This document shows positions 20,559 through 30,622 of a DNA stretch of 64,000 nucleotides, in pieces (the first letter of the stretch is position 1; the number at the start of each line of letters is the position of its first letter). Source of the stretch: Promethearchaeia archaeon. GTDB lineage: Archaea > Asgardarchaeota > Lokiarchaeia > Sigyniarchaeales > SOKP01. The translations under genes were made by a program, and so were the position numbers. The stretch covers positions 1 to 64,000 of the forward strand of contig JAHQWK010000032.1 in assembly GCA_029856145.1 (NCBI GenBank), given 5' to 3'. The notes under the pieces were generated by a model, which was not told the origin of the DNA, made no database searches, and saw nothing but the letters and a program-made list of their open reading frames with translations.

Positions 20559-21398
20559 ATGAACTCTATTGAAAAATCAGAAGATGGTTGGCTAATACCA
20601 AAATCTCCAATTACATTTGATTATCTAAAAAGATTCAATCGAAATATGGGTATTTTACATTTAGTGCAGGGTTTACTAATGGTCCTTTTTGGCTTTTTAC
20701 CTCAACTAGCTTTTTCCAGAGACCTTTACACTTTTTACCTAAAATTTGAACTTATTGGTCCAGATTATATTATCTCACCAAATCCTACGGTACTTTTTGT
20801 CTTTAGTGCTTTAGGGGCATTTGTTGGATCCTTTTTATTGATGTCTGCTATTGCCCATCTATTAATTGCTTACCCACTTAATAAAAGTTATGTCAAGAAT
20901 TTAAAAAGAGGAATAAATAAGATACGTTGGTTTGAGTACGCCTTTTCAAGTTCAGTGATGATTTTCTTAATCGCTATTTTTTTTGGCGTGTGGGATTTCT
21001 GGGCATTGTTTATGATTTTTGTCTTAAATGCTCTGATGAATATGTTTGGTTTAATGATGGAATCATATAATGTATATACGAGAGAAAAAAATGAGAAGGT
21101 TAAATGGGGTCCATATTATTTAGGTGTTATTGCCGGAGCCGTTCCTTGGATTGTAATTACTGCTTACTTTATAAGTACTGAAACAATTGGAGGAGAAGTA
21201 CCACTATTTGTCTATTTGATTTACGGAATAGAACTATTTTTCTTTAATACATTCGCTATCAACATGATATTGCAATATAAAGGAGTAGGAAAGTGGAAAG
21301 ATTATCTCTACGGTGAAAGAGTGTATCAACTTTTAAGTCTTGTATCTAAAACATTTCTAGCATGGCTTGTATTTGCAGGAGTATTTAGTCCAACATAA
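20559..21398 (+). CDS. heR: Heliorhodopsin
   Basis: 7 TM; N..MGILHLVQ, SAIAH, RWFEYAFSSS, FFNTFAINMILQY, YLYGERVYQLLSLVSK (retinal-binding Lys). Confidence 0.93.
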   Translation: MNSIEKSEDGWLIPKSPITFDYLKRFNRNMGILHLVQGLLMVLFGFLPQLAFSRDLYTFYLKFELIGPDYIISPNPTVLFVFSALGAFVGSFLLMSAIAHLLIAYPLNKSYVKNLKRGINKIRWFEYAFSSSVMIFLIAIFFGVWDFWALFMIFVLNALMNMFGLMMESYNVYTREKNEKVKWGPYYLGVIAGAVPWIVITAYFISTETIGGEVPLFVYLIYGIELFFFNTFAINMILQYKGVGKWKDYLYGERVYQLLSLVSKTFLAWLVFAGVFSPT

Positions 21399-21439
21399 AA
21401 ATTAAGTTAAAAAAAAATTTTTTTATTTTTTGAAGGAAT

Positions 21440-23080
21440 TTAAGCTTCTAATACATAAAGTGGCCATTTTTTCAAAACTCCTTTAGGATTTTTCCCGCTT
21501 CTAACTTTCTGTAACATTTCAGAGCGTGTCGCTAAGAAGTCTATTGGATTATTCTTAATTAGTTCTATTTCTATTTCATTATTTAAAATAGCTTCTTTAA
21601 ACTTTTCATTTCTAATACAGTTAAGTAAAATTTTGCTATAATTCTTTAAATTAGAGCAATTTTTCCTATCGTTTGAATAAAGAAATAATTTCAAACTATT
21701 ATTTACAGATTCTTTATAGATTAATAATAATAGAGAATCAATATCTAAGACACATTTGTCTTTTAAACAATTTAATAGAATTCGCGGATTTAAAATTTCG
21801 AAATTAGGAAAAGTAAAGTAATCACCAGCATAAACTTTATAATTCAATTGCAATCCTATCTCTTTCGATAAGTTTATTGGATATTTTAATTGAAAACTTG
21901 AACGTAAAATTTTTCCATCAATTTGAGGAAGACCTTCCTGATTTTTAATAGAAATAACGTCACCCAAATCTATATTAATTAAAACTCCTGAGTTATTAAG
22001 TCGTGAAACATAAAGCCTACCAAATTTATTTTTGGTCCTTGAAATTAACTCTTTTTTTCCTTTATAATCTATTACTGGAAGAGTTAGAGGAAAGATATGC
22101 ATTCTATTTAAGCGTGAAATTTCAAAATCTCCCATGTTTATGCTTGCAGCAAATGGGCCAATTTCAGAAGCTACATAAAGATTTGTAAATTTTTCTTTAC
22201 CCTCTTCCCATTTCATAAATTTACGAATTAATTCCCAATCTGATTTTGATAATGAACTTATACTAAATACCAAAGTTGCTTTCGATATTTTTTCAGATAA
22301 TTCTTTTTGAATTTCATATGAAACACTATCTAATCCATTCTTTTCAATTTTTAATAGAAAGTCTTCAAGTTTTGGATTTTGAGTTTTATTTATTAAATAA
22401 AGTGATCTTTTTATCCCATCTTGGAGTCTAGTAATATCTGCCCATCCTAAAATTGTTATTGCTGGTGCAGAAATAACTGAGATATTATCCATTGTTAAAA
22501 TTTTAGATATTATATCTAAGTTTCTTGAATTTTTATATTCATAAAACAGATATGCTTTTGGTTTAATAACGGATAGCATGATTCTTTGAGAAAATTCCGA
22601 GGAGTAAAGTGAAATATATTTCTTATCTCCTTGTTTTTGAATCCCATCAAATTTAAGCCTTGAAGGAACAAAAATAATAGCAGAGGAATTTAAATCTAAC
22701 CCACTCGATTCAAAAATTGCTTGCATACCAGGAGCCCATTGTCTTTTGACAATGTCTTTTGCCATATGAAACCATTTTAGTTCTGATAATTTACTATTTG
22801 TAGTCCCTGAAGTATGACAAAAAATTAATGCGTCAGAAGCTTTATCACTATTGAGAAAATCATCTATATCTATTGAGAAACTTCTAGAATCAGTTGTTTC
22901 AGATTTTATCCTATTGAAAAGATCTTCAATAGATGATAGCTCTGAAAGCTTTAATGACAATTCTTCATATTCCTCTCGAGAATCTATTTCAAGCCAATGT
23001 TTCCAATTTATCCTTTCTATATCTGAAAAAGATTTATTGAAGTTATTTTGAACTTTTTCATCAAAGTCATAAGATACCAA
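21440..23080 (-). CDS. GH3-like / ANL-superfamily adenylate-forming enzyme
   Basis: HTSGTT (P-loop), YVASEIG (YxxSE), IDLGDVI (GD motif). Confidence 0.65.
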   Translation of the reverse strand: MVSYDFDEKVQNNFNKSFSDIERINWKHWLEIDSREEYEELSLKLSELSSIEDLFNRIKSETTDSRSFSIDIDDFLNSDKASDALIFCHTSGTTNSKLSELKWFHMAKDIVKRQWAPGMQAIFESSGLDLNSSAIIFVPSRLKFDGIQKQGDKKYISLYSSEFSQRIMLSVIKPKAYLFYEYKNSRNLDIISKILTMDNISVISAPAITILGWADITRLQDGIKRSLYLINKTQNPKLEDFLLKIEKNGLDSVSYEIQKELSEKISKATLVFSISSLSKSDWELIRKFMKWEEGKEKFTNLYVASEIGPFAASINMGDFEISRLNRMHIFPLTLPVIDYKGKKELISRTKNKFGRLYVSRLNNSGVLINIDLGDVISIKNQEGLPQIDGKILRSSFQLKYPINLSKEIGLQLNYKVYAGDYFTFPNFEILNPRILLNCLKDKCVLDIDSLLLLIYKESVNNSLKLFLYSNDRKNCSNLKNYSKILLNCIRNEKFKEAILNNEIEIELIKNNPIDFLATRSEMLQKVRSGKNPKGVLKKWPLYVLEA

Positions 23081-23208
23081 AATATTCTCCTACACTGTAA
23101 GTTCTATTTTAATATATTGATGGTTAAAAATAACGATATTATCAAAATCTAATTAGAATAAATAAGGAAAAAATGAATTATATTGTTTTTCGAAAATATT
23201 TATTTGTT

Positions 23209-23748
23209 TTAAATATAATGTAAAATACCATATAACCCAGACTCAGGATCTTGGAATATAGGCAAGTGTGGTGGCAAATAGGTAAATATTATTAAAGAAA
23301 GTCCGAATCCTAAAATAATTATCCATGACATAATACTTATCCATCTTGGTAATTCATTTAATGTCAATATTTTATAGCTAACTACTTGACCAATAATTAC
23401 ACCAAAATAGAAACTTAAAATGTCTATTATAAGAAGTTCTGTCCCAAGAATAGCTGTATATGAGTAAAAAACAATTAAAATGGTAGCAATACTTATTATA
23501 GCAGCAAGACTTTTTGCAATGATAATATTATTTGCTTTTTCTTTTATAAACTTATATTCGATTAAAGAAAATATTACAAGCGGCCAATAGGGGAGTTTTA
23601 GATGTTCCCACACACTTTCATTAACTGCAGTAATTGCTCCAATGGGAGGCCAAGAAAAAAGCCATTCAAATACAAAGTGGAATAAAGAACCAACGATAAT
23701 GATAAAAATCATGCCCAAAATTTCCCATTGTAATAGTTTATTTTGCAT
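23209..23748 (-). CDS. Conserved membrane protein (DUF6512-like)
   Basis: GSLFHF..EW, AVNESVWEHLK, FTY.PP...F.DP. Confidence 0.75.
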   Translation of the reverse strand: MQNKLLQWEILGMIFIIIVGSLFHFVFEWLFSWPPIGAITAVNESVWEHLKLPYWPLVIFSLIEYKFIKEKANNIIIAKSLAAIISIATILIVFYSYTAILGTELLIIDILSFYFGVIIGQVVSYKILTLNELPRWISIMSWIIILGFGLSLIIFTYLPPHLPIFQDPESGLYGILHYI

Positions 23749-23988
23749 CTTTTCACCTTTAAATCTTTAAAAATGTAATCTAATTAATTTTGGTTAAATT
23801 GAAAATATAAAAAAGTGCATATTTCTGTTTTATATAAAAGATTATATTAAAAAATAGTTCTGCTTTGATTCTATAAATTAATTCTAAACTGTGACTTATC
23901 TTTATTAGGACTTATATTAATTTCTTTATTATTTCTAGATTGTAATTTGCTAATTTTAAATGTTAATAAAATACTAGTTTGATTTGAA

Positions 23989-24063
23989 ATGAAAGCAGCG
24001 GTATATGATGGAAGTAAAATAAATATAAAAGATATACTAATCCCACAAATAAAAAATAACTAA
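23989..24063 (+). pseudogene. 5' remnant of a zinc-dependent (MDR) alcohol dehydrogenase gene
   Basis: MKAAVYDGSKINIKDILIPQIKNN* resembles the typical MDR N-terminus (MKAAV...IxDxPxPxI). Confidence 0.5.
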
Positions 24064-24118
24064 ATGAGCGGTTTGTGCAAACTGTATTTTGATTGAGTAA
24101 AACCGCCTTTTTTAATAC

Positions 24119-24775
24119 TTATAGGGATTCTTCGACAACTTCTTTACTTAACATTTCAAAAAGTTTGTCAATGTTTTCTTCTCTTTTCGCTTGGGACTCC
24201 CCAAGAGCAATTTTTAAATTAACTTCACTTTGCTTTTCATCGACCATCACTCTATACCTTATATTATTACGGACTCTCCTTAATCTAAAGATATTTTTAA
24301 TTGGAATCTCATATCCATAAAAAGCTATATTTGGGATATATCTATTATAAGGTCCTTTGAGCTTACCCTGTGCAATCATTCTAGCATTAGTAATGAAAAT
24401 ACTTGCAGAATTTAAAAAAATGGGTTCAGTCATTTTTCTATTTTGTGTTATGTTCCCATTAAATTCAAGAAGTATTTGTTCTCCCTCAGTTAAATAATAT
24501 TTTTCAAGAATATATCTTTCCATTTCCTTTAGCTTCTCATCTCCAATAAGTTTCCCCATTTTATTCCTGAAAGATTTATAGAGTTTTTTCATAAAAAATT
24601 CGGGTTTTATTTTGAATGTTTCCCCGACAATGTTAAAAAAATCAGAATCGGAAAGCTGCTGAAATTCTGCTTTTCTTCGTAAGTCCAATAAAGTATTTAA
24701 AATTTTACTAGAAACTGGTTTTGGTCTTTGAAGTTCTTCTTTAAGAATATCCAATATTTGACTACTTTCACTCAT
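24119..24775 (-). CDS. Hypothetical protein with GRAM/PH-like C-terminal domain
   Basis: LTEGEQILLEF...IFITNARMI...EIPIKNI pattern. Confidence 0.55.
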   Translation of the reverse strand: MSESSQILDILKEELQRPKPVSSKILNTLLDLRRKAEFQQLSDSDFFNIVGETFKIKPEFFMKKLYKSFRNKMGKLIGDEKLKEMERYILEKYYLTEGEQILLEFNGNITQNRKMTEPIFLNSASIFITNARMIAQGKLKGPYNRYIPNIAFYGYEIPIKNIFRLRRVRNNIRYRVMVDEKQSEVNLKIALGESQAKREENIDKLFEMLSKEVVEESL

Positions 24776-24902
24776 TTTGATCCAGCCTATTTAAAAGTTT
24801 ATTAGTACATAATTAAACCAAATTTTATTTATAATTTACTCAAAAAAATTTTAGTTTGTGTAAATAAAACCAATATTGATTTATCCACTTATCCTATGAT
24901 TC

Positions 24903-24924
24903 TTAATCTGAAAATTTTTAAATA
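24903..24924 (+). promoter_or_regulatory. BRE/TATA promoter of LbH operon 2
   Basis: 22-nt exact copy of 16402..16423. Confidence 0.65.
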
Positions 24925-24990
24925 CTCACAAGTATATAACAAAGAAACATTAAAGAAAACCGCTAAATAAAGAAATTTAATAACTCTTCT

Positions 24991-25923
24991 GTGATAAAAT
25001 TGGAATCAAATAGTCCAGATCAAAAAGAAAATACTGAAAATAACATTATTAAAGAAGAAATTAAGTTACAGTTGCATATATGGCTACCTACATTCTATGT
25101 TATTTACTACTGTTCTTTTCTAATTCCGGGAATAATCTTCATGATGTATATGATGTTATTTTATTTGCCATTCTTCTTAGAGGAAGCAAACTTTATTTCT
25201 CTTTTTACTAATTTGCCTTCTCTCATTGCCTCTTTAACAATACCATTTGTAATAATAATATGTTACCTAATACATATATTTATTATAGCTCTAATAACTC
25301 GGTTGATTTGGAGATTCTCAGAAAAAAAATCTCCTTCTAAATCCGGAATCATCCCAAGAAATATCCCCAGTTTAACGTTAAATTATTATCACTTTCGTAG
25401 TTTTATTATAAAATATCCCAAAAACGTGTTTTCCCGAGGCCCATTTCCTTGGTTATTAAAATGGATGTATAATTTCGTCGGAACAAATAAAATAGGAAAA
25501 GGATCTGTCATTGAGGAGCAACTAGCTGGGGATAGGTTTGTAGAAATTGGAGAAAATACTTATATAGGAACAAATCCAGGTATCAGTTCACATGCAGTGG
25601 AAGGAACTTTTGGTAATATTTCATTTGCAAAGATAAAAATTAGAGATAATGTTACTGCTGCTGGATTTAATTGTTTTGGCCCGGGACTGGATACAGGAAA
25701 TAACTCATGGTGGTTACCTATGACTGGAGCAACGAAATACAACATTTTAAAAGGTAATAACTTCTATTTCGGCACTCCCCTCAGGAAGATTTTCAAAAGA
25801 AAGGTAATGGAGTACTTACAAATTTCAGAAGAGGATTTAAAAAGAGCAGAGGATTTTAAAAAAAAAATTGAATTAAAAAATCAAAAGAAAAAGAAGAAGA
25901 GGGAGATTCAAATAAATGAATGA
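24991..25923 (+). CDS. Membrane LbH module, type A2
   Basis: Close paralog of 16486..17400. Confidence 0.85.
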   Translation: MIKLESNSPDQKENTENNIIKEEIKLQLHIWLPTFYVIYYCSFLIPGIIFMMYMMLFYLPFFLEEANFISLFTNLPSLIASLTIPFVIIICYLIHIFIIALITRLIWRFSEKKSPSKSGIIPRNIPSLTLNYYHFRSFIIKYPKNVFSRGPFPWLLKWMYNFVGTNKIGKGSVIEEQLAGDRFVEIGENTYIGTNPGISSHAVEGTFGNISFAKIKIRDNVTAAGFNCFGPGLDTGNNSWWLPMTGATKYNILKGNNFYFGTPLRKIFKRKVMEYLQISEEDLKRAEDFKKKIELKNQKKKKKREIQINE

Positions 25924-26833
25924 AAATCTAGAAGAGAAAAAAAATGACGCAACTAAAGTCGATTATACTATTGATTTTGTAACAACTAGTGCGATTAGCA
26001 AAATTGGCTATAAATTTATTGGTTTTTATATCCCAATCTTATGGATTTCTGGATATATGGCGATTGCAGTATTTTTTGATGTCTCTAAGGGAATTTTTGA
26101 ACTAACTGGTCGATTTACCAGTGTGATAATCACCATGTTTCTTATACCAATATGGTTATTTGTTCTATATTTTATTTTTGTTTTTGGGATTGCTATGTTT
26201 ACAAAAGCATTCCTTCTAATAATAAACATGCTCCATAAGCCTAAAGAAGGAGTTTTCAGAGCAGAAGAAGGTGATCAAGATTATGAGTTTTGGAGACTAC
26301 GAGTAGAATTAAAGAAATTAGTTTTCTGGTTTATGAATAATGGGCCTTTGCCTTGGATTATAATGTGGGGTTTTAGATGGATGGATATTCATGTAGACTT
26401 TTCAAGTCATATGCAGGATGCATGGTCAGATGGTGGATTCATTGAATTCGGCCGAAATGTCACTGTAGGGCAAGGAGCAGTTGTAATGAGTTCAATGATT
26501 GTAGGAAAATATTTGATCATCAAAAAGGTTGTTCTAGGAGATCATACTGTCGTAGGTGGGCTATCACAGATCTCTCCGGGTACAATAATGGGTAAAGAAT
26601 CTGTGCTTGGTGCTTTTTCTACAACAATTCCCAGTCAATTTTTAGAACCAGGATGGATTTACTTAGGCCCTCAATTTGCAAGAAAACTAAAACCAAATAA
26701 ATATGCAGAGCAACGTAGAGATGTTATTATTGAGAAACATGTGGATGATGAAATAAAATATGAAGTTAAACAAGAAATTAATATAGATGAAGCTAAGAAA
26801 AAGCTCGTAAATAATAATAAGGAGGAAGAATGA
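25916..26833 (+). CDS. Membrane LbH module, type B2
   Basis: Close paralog of 17412..18302. Confidence 0.85.
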   Translation: MNENLEEKKNDATKVDYTIDFVTTSAISKIGYKFIGFYIPILWISGYMAIAVFFDVSKGIFELTGRFTSVIITMFLIPIWLFVLYFIFVFGIAMFTKAFLLIINMLHKPKEGVFRAEEGDQDYEFWRLRVELKKLVFWFMNNGPLPWIIMWGFRWMDIHVDFSSHMQDAWSDGGFIEFGRNVTVGQGAVVMSSMIVGKYLIIKKVVLGDHTVVGGLSQISPGTIMGKESVLGAFSTTIPSQFLEPGWIYLGPQFARKLKPNKYAEQRRDVIIEKHVDDEIKYEVKQEINIDEAKKKLVNNNKEEE

Positions 26834-26836
26834 ACC

Positions 26837-27688
26837 ATGTCAGTGCCTTCAAGTTTAAAAGTTGGGCCAAATACAAGTCTTATCTTAGCAAAAAAGAGAT
26901 ATCTAATATTCTATATTTTTTTAATCTGGATTAGTATTTTTTCAATTCAATTTGAATTTTGGTTATTTTGGAAACTTTATATTATTGAGAAATACATTCA
27001 TTTTTATTTCTTCTTGCCTCTTTTCATTTTTATAATGTACCTTACGTCAATAATAGTATCGCTAATTTTTGCAAAAATTCTTCTTCTAATCGTTAATCTT
27101 GTTCATAAGCCACGTGAGGGTGTTTTCATTAGGCACCGATCTGATAAGGATTATAGATATTGGAGTTTGAGAAATACTATTAAGAAATGGCCAATTTGGA
27201 TATCTCACAAATTCCCGTTCCCATTTATGAACAATATATGCTTCAAAATGTTTGGAGTAAAAACTAAATATTCTAATTCTTTATTTGAAGGGTGGGTTGA
27301 TACAGAATTTATTGATATCGGTAAAAATGTGGTAGTTGGACAGGGCGCTGTTGTCCAATCAGCCATTATAGTTGGCAATTTATTTATTATTAAAAAAACT
27401 ATTATTGAGGATAATGTCGTAATTGGATCTCAAAGTGTTCTTATGCCCGGAACGCATATGAAAAATAATTCTATTTTAGGAGGTCATTCTATGACTACAG
27501 TAGGGCAAGAATTAGAAGAATATTGGATATATTTAGGTGCACCTGCAAAAAAGTTTAAAAAAAATGTATTCTTTGAAGAAGGTTTAGAAGAGATTATTAA
27601 ACAGCAAGCAGAAAAAAAAATAGAATCACGAAAAAGATTTGAAGATTTATATACAATGCGCAAAGACAAGGAAGCTAAAATTGATTAA
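26837..27688 (+). CDS. Membrane LbH module, type C2
   Basis: Close paralog of 18302..19156; starts MSVPSSLKVGP. Confidence 0.85.
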   Translation: MSVPSSLKVGPNTSLILAKKRYLIFYIFLIWISIFSIQFEFWLFWKLYIIEKYIHFYFFLPLFIFIMYLTSIIVSLIFAKILLLIVNLVHKPREGVFIRHRSDKDYRYWSLRNTIKKWPIWISHKFPFPFMNNICFKMFGVKTKYSNSLFEGWVDTEFIDIGKNVVVGQGAVVQSAIIVGNLFIIKKTIIEDNVVIGSQSVLMPGTHMKNNSILGGHSMTTVGQELEEYWIYLGAPAKKFKKNVFFEEGLEEIIKQQAEKKIESRKRFEDLYTMRKDKEAKID

Positions 27689-27735
27689 TATAAATCTCTT
27701 TTAAAATTCTATTAAAATCTTAAAGTTGACTAAAT

Positions 27736-28536
27736 ATGAAAGTTGGATATATTCAAACATCTCCAATTTTTGGAGAAAAAAGGCAAAATTTTAAGAAAAT
27801 TGAAAAATTGATTACAAAATTAAAGGCAGATTTAATTGTATTACCAGAACTATTCGCTACAGGTTATGCTTTTGTCTCTAAAGAAGAAGCGGTCCCTTTA
27901 GCTGAAGATTTCAACGGTGAAACGGCTCAATTTTTAATAAAGATGGCCAAAATTACTGGTGCAATAATAATTGGAGGATTTATCGAAAAAGAAGAAGAGA
28001 AAATATACAATTCCGCAATGATTGTTTCAAGTGAAGGTGTTATTGGATCATATCGGAAGATCCATCTATATTTTAAAGAAAAGCTCTGGTTTTTTCCTGG
28101 AGATAAACCTTTAAAGGTATACGATATTGATGGAGTCAAAATTGGGATTATGATTTGCTTTGATTGGATTTTCCCGGAAACAACTCGTACTCTTGCTCTT
28201 CTTGGTGCAGACATCATTGCACATCCAACTAATTTAGTATTACCATATTGTCAGAAAGCAATGGTAACACGATGTTTAGAAAATCGAGTTTTTGCTGTAA
28301 CTGCAAACAGAATTGGTGAAGAAAAACGAGGTTCTGATCATTTTACGTTTACAGGAAAAAGTCAAATAACTTCTTATAATGGTGAAATTTTATCTTCAGC
28401 TCCAAGAGATGAAATTTATGTAGATTTTATAGATATAGATATTCAAAAAGCAAGAGACAAAAATCTAAATGAGTATAATAATTTATTTGAAGATAGACAG
28501 GTAGAATTTTATTATAATACTGATAAACCAAAGTAA
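27736..28536 (+). CDS. Nitrilase-family carbon-nitrogen hydrolase (amidase)
   Basis: E-K-C triad: LPELF, YRKIHL, MICFDW. Confidence 0.92.
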   Translation: MKVGYIQTSPIFGEKRQNFKKIEKLITKLKADLIVLPELFATGYAFVSKEEAVPLAEDFNGETAQFLIKMAKITGAIIIGGFIEKEEEKIYNSAMIVSSEGVIGSYRKIHLYFKEKLWFFPGDKPLKVYDIDGVKIGIMICFDWIFPETTRTLALLGADIIAHPTNLVLPYCQKAMVTRCLENRVFAVTANRIGEEKRGSDHFTFTGKSQITSYNGEILSSAPRDEIYVDFIDIDIQKARDKNLNEYNNLFEDRQVEFYYNTDKPK

Positions 28537-28753
28537 TTTCATGAAGTGCATTGTAAAAGTACCAATATAGATAATCCCATCAAGTCCATTATGTATTTTT
28601 CTAAGTATTATTAGAACAAATTATTAATGATAGAAGGACAAATTTTTACTTAGTTTAGTCAGGTTTCATTCAATTAAAGCCATGATCATATCAAAATCTT
28701 ACTATTTAATAGAACTTAAAAATTATAAATGATTTCGATTTGCATGGATTAAT

Positions 28754-30511
28754 ATGGTAAACTCCGAAACACCTTTAATTGAACACGATTCAGAAAAAAA
28801 AGTTATTAGAGAAGATATTAAATTCCAATATTTTTGGTATCTTGTTGTCTTATTTACGATTTACTTAATTTCATATTTAATTCCTGCTATTTTATTCATG
28901 ATTTACTTTCTATTTTATTTTATCCCTTCCTTTTTAGAAACTACAAATTTCCTATCAATTTTTATTAATTTAAAACCTCTTTTGGCATTAATATCCATGC
29001 CTTTGGTTATTATCGTATGTTATCTAATCCGCTTATTTCTGATTGCATTAGTTGCGCGCTTTTTTTGGAGATTGTCAGAAAAAAAATCCCCTTCTAAACC
29101 AGGCACTATACCAAGAAATTTCCCAAGTAAAACGCTAAATTTTTATCACATAAGATCTTTCATAATAAAATATCCCAAAACCGCTTTCACTAAAGGAATT
29201 TTTCCGTGGTTGTTACCATGGCTATATAATTTTGTAACCACGAGCCAGATTCAGAAAGGGACGACAATGGAAGAATCTTGTGTGAATGATAAATTTTTAG
29301 AAATTGGGAAAAATTGCTACATCGGTGTTAATTCAGTATTTACTAGTCATTTAATTGATGGTATATTTGGAAATATTGCTTATTTTAAAATTAAAGTAGG
29401 TGATAATGTTACCGCTGCGGCAAAAAACCTAATTGGTCCCGGTTCTGAAATTAAAGATAATTCCTACTTACTCCCTTTAGCTTCCACACCAAAACATAGC
29501 ATATTAAAAGGCAATAGCTATTATTTTTCAGCAGGAGCAAAACCCCTCCAGAGAATATCTAAAAGAAAAATTAAGAGCTATTTGAAAATTGACCCTGAAA
29601 CATTAGAACAAATAAAAGACGTTAAAGATGCAATTGGTTCTTCACCAGTTCAAACACAAGAAACGAATGAGGAGAGAGAAAAAGATTTATCGATCAATTT
29701 CGTCACAAGCAGCGCAATAAGTAGAGTTAATCTAAAATTTTTAATTTTGTATATCCCTATCTTTTGGCTTTCTGGGATGTTAGACGCTATAATCTTTTAT
29801 ACATATACTTATTATGTTCAAAACGGGATTTTAATGGTCTTTTTTTTACCAGCGATAATGTTTTTTATGTGGTTTGTATTTATTTTCAGCTGTTTAATTT
29901 TTAGTAAACTGTTTCTAATCTTAATAAACTTGACTCATAAGCCAAAAGAGGGAATCTTTAAAGCTGAAAAGGGCGATAATGATTTTGAATTTTGGTGCTT
30001 ACGGATCGAATTAAAGAAAATTGTGTTATGGCTTGTACGAAATTGGCCTCTTCCTTGGATGGACATATTAGTTTTCAAATGGTTTGGAATAAAAATAAAT
30101 TTTTCATGTGGCTTGTGGGATTCATGGTGTGATGCAGAGTTCATTCATTTCGGACGTAAAGTTTTAATAGGGCAAGGAGCAACGGTCATGTCTTCTATGG
30201 TTATTGGTAAATATTTAATTATCAAAAAAGTGATATTTGATGATTATTCTCTTATCGGTGGTCATTCTATTATCTCTCCAGGAACAATAGTAGGAAAAGA
30301 GACATTAGTTGGTGCTTTATCATATTCTTTATATAATCAAGTATTAGAGCCCGGATGGGTATATTTTGGAATGCCCATACAAAAATTGAAGAAGAACAAA
30401 TATGCCGAGGAACGACGGAACAAAATAATGAAAAGAGATGTTGATGAAGAAAAGAAATTTGAAATTGATCATGACATCAATATTGAAGAAGATAAGAAAG
30501 AGCTTGCTTAA
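28754..30511 (+). CDS. Fused A+B membrane LbH protein (AB3)
   Basis: N-half aligns with type A; C-half, from INFVTSSAISR, aligns with type B. Confidence 0.85.
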   Translation: MVNSETPLIEHDSEKKVIREDIKFQYFWYLVVLFTIYLISYLIPAILFMIYFLFYFIPSFLETTNFLSIFINLKPLLALISMPLVIIVCYLIRLFLIALVARFFWRLSEKKSPSKPGTIPRNFPSKTLNFYHIRSFIIKYPKTAFTKGIFPWLLPWLYNFVTTSQIQKGTTMEESCVNDKFLEIGKNCYIGVNSVFTSHLIDGIFGNIAYFKIKVGDNVTAAAKNLIGPGSEIKDNSYLLPLASTPKHSILKGNSYYFSAGAKPLQRISKRKIKSYLKIDPETLEQIKDVKDAIGSSPVQTQETNEEREKDLSINFVTSSAISRVNLKFLILYIPIFWLSGMLDAIIFYTYTYYVQNGILMVFFLPAIMFFMWFVFIFSCLIFSKLFLILINLTHKPKEGIFKAEKGDNDFEFWCLRIELKKIVLWLVRNWPLPWMDILVFKWFGIKINFSCGLWDSWCDAEFIHFGRKVLIGQGATVMSSMVIGKYLIIKKVIFDDYSLIGGHSIISPGTIVGKETLVGALSYSLYNQVLEPGWVYFGMPIQKLKKNKYAEERRNKIMKRDVDEEKKFEIDHDINIEEDKKELA

Positions 30512-30622
30512 CTTAAATTTCTGAAAAATTCGAATTAGAAAACATATATTTTTAAAACATTGTGTTTTTTAGAAAAAATATCTTAATTACTAAATATAAA
30601 TCAAAATTGAAAATTTAATGCT

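Noticed and set aside
26101-26135. Hairpin ACTGGT/ACCAGT in the 8-aa insertion of B2 relative to B1, as a second intron
   Set aside because: No 4-bp central helix with two 3-nt bulges; the insertion is in frame with no stop, so it is probably a real loop insertion.
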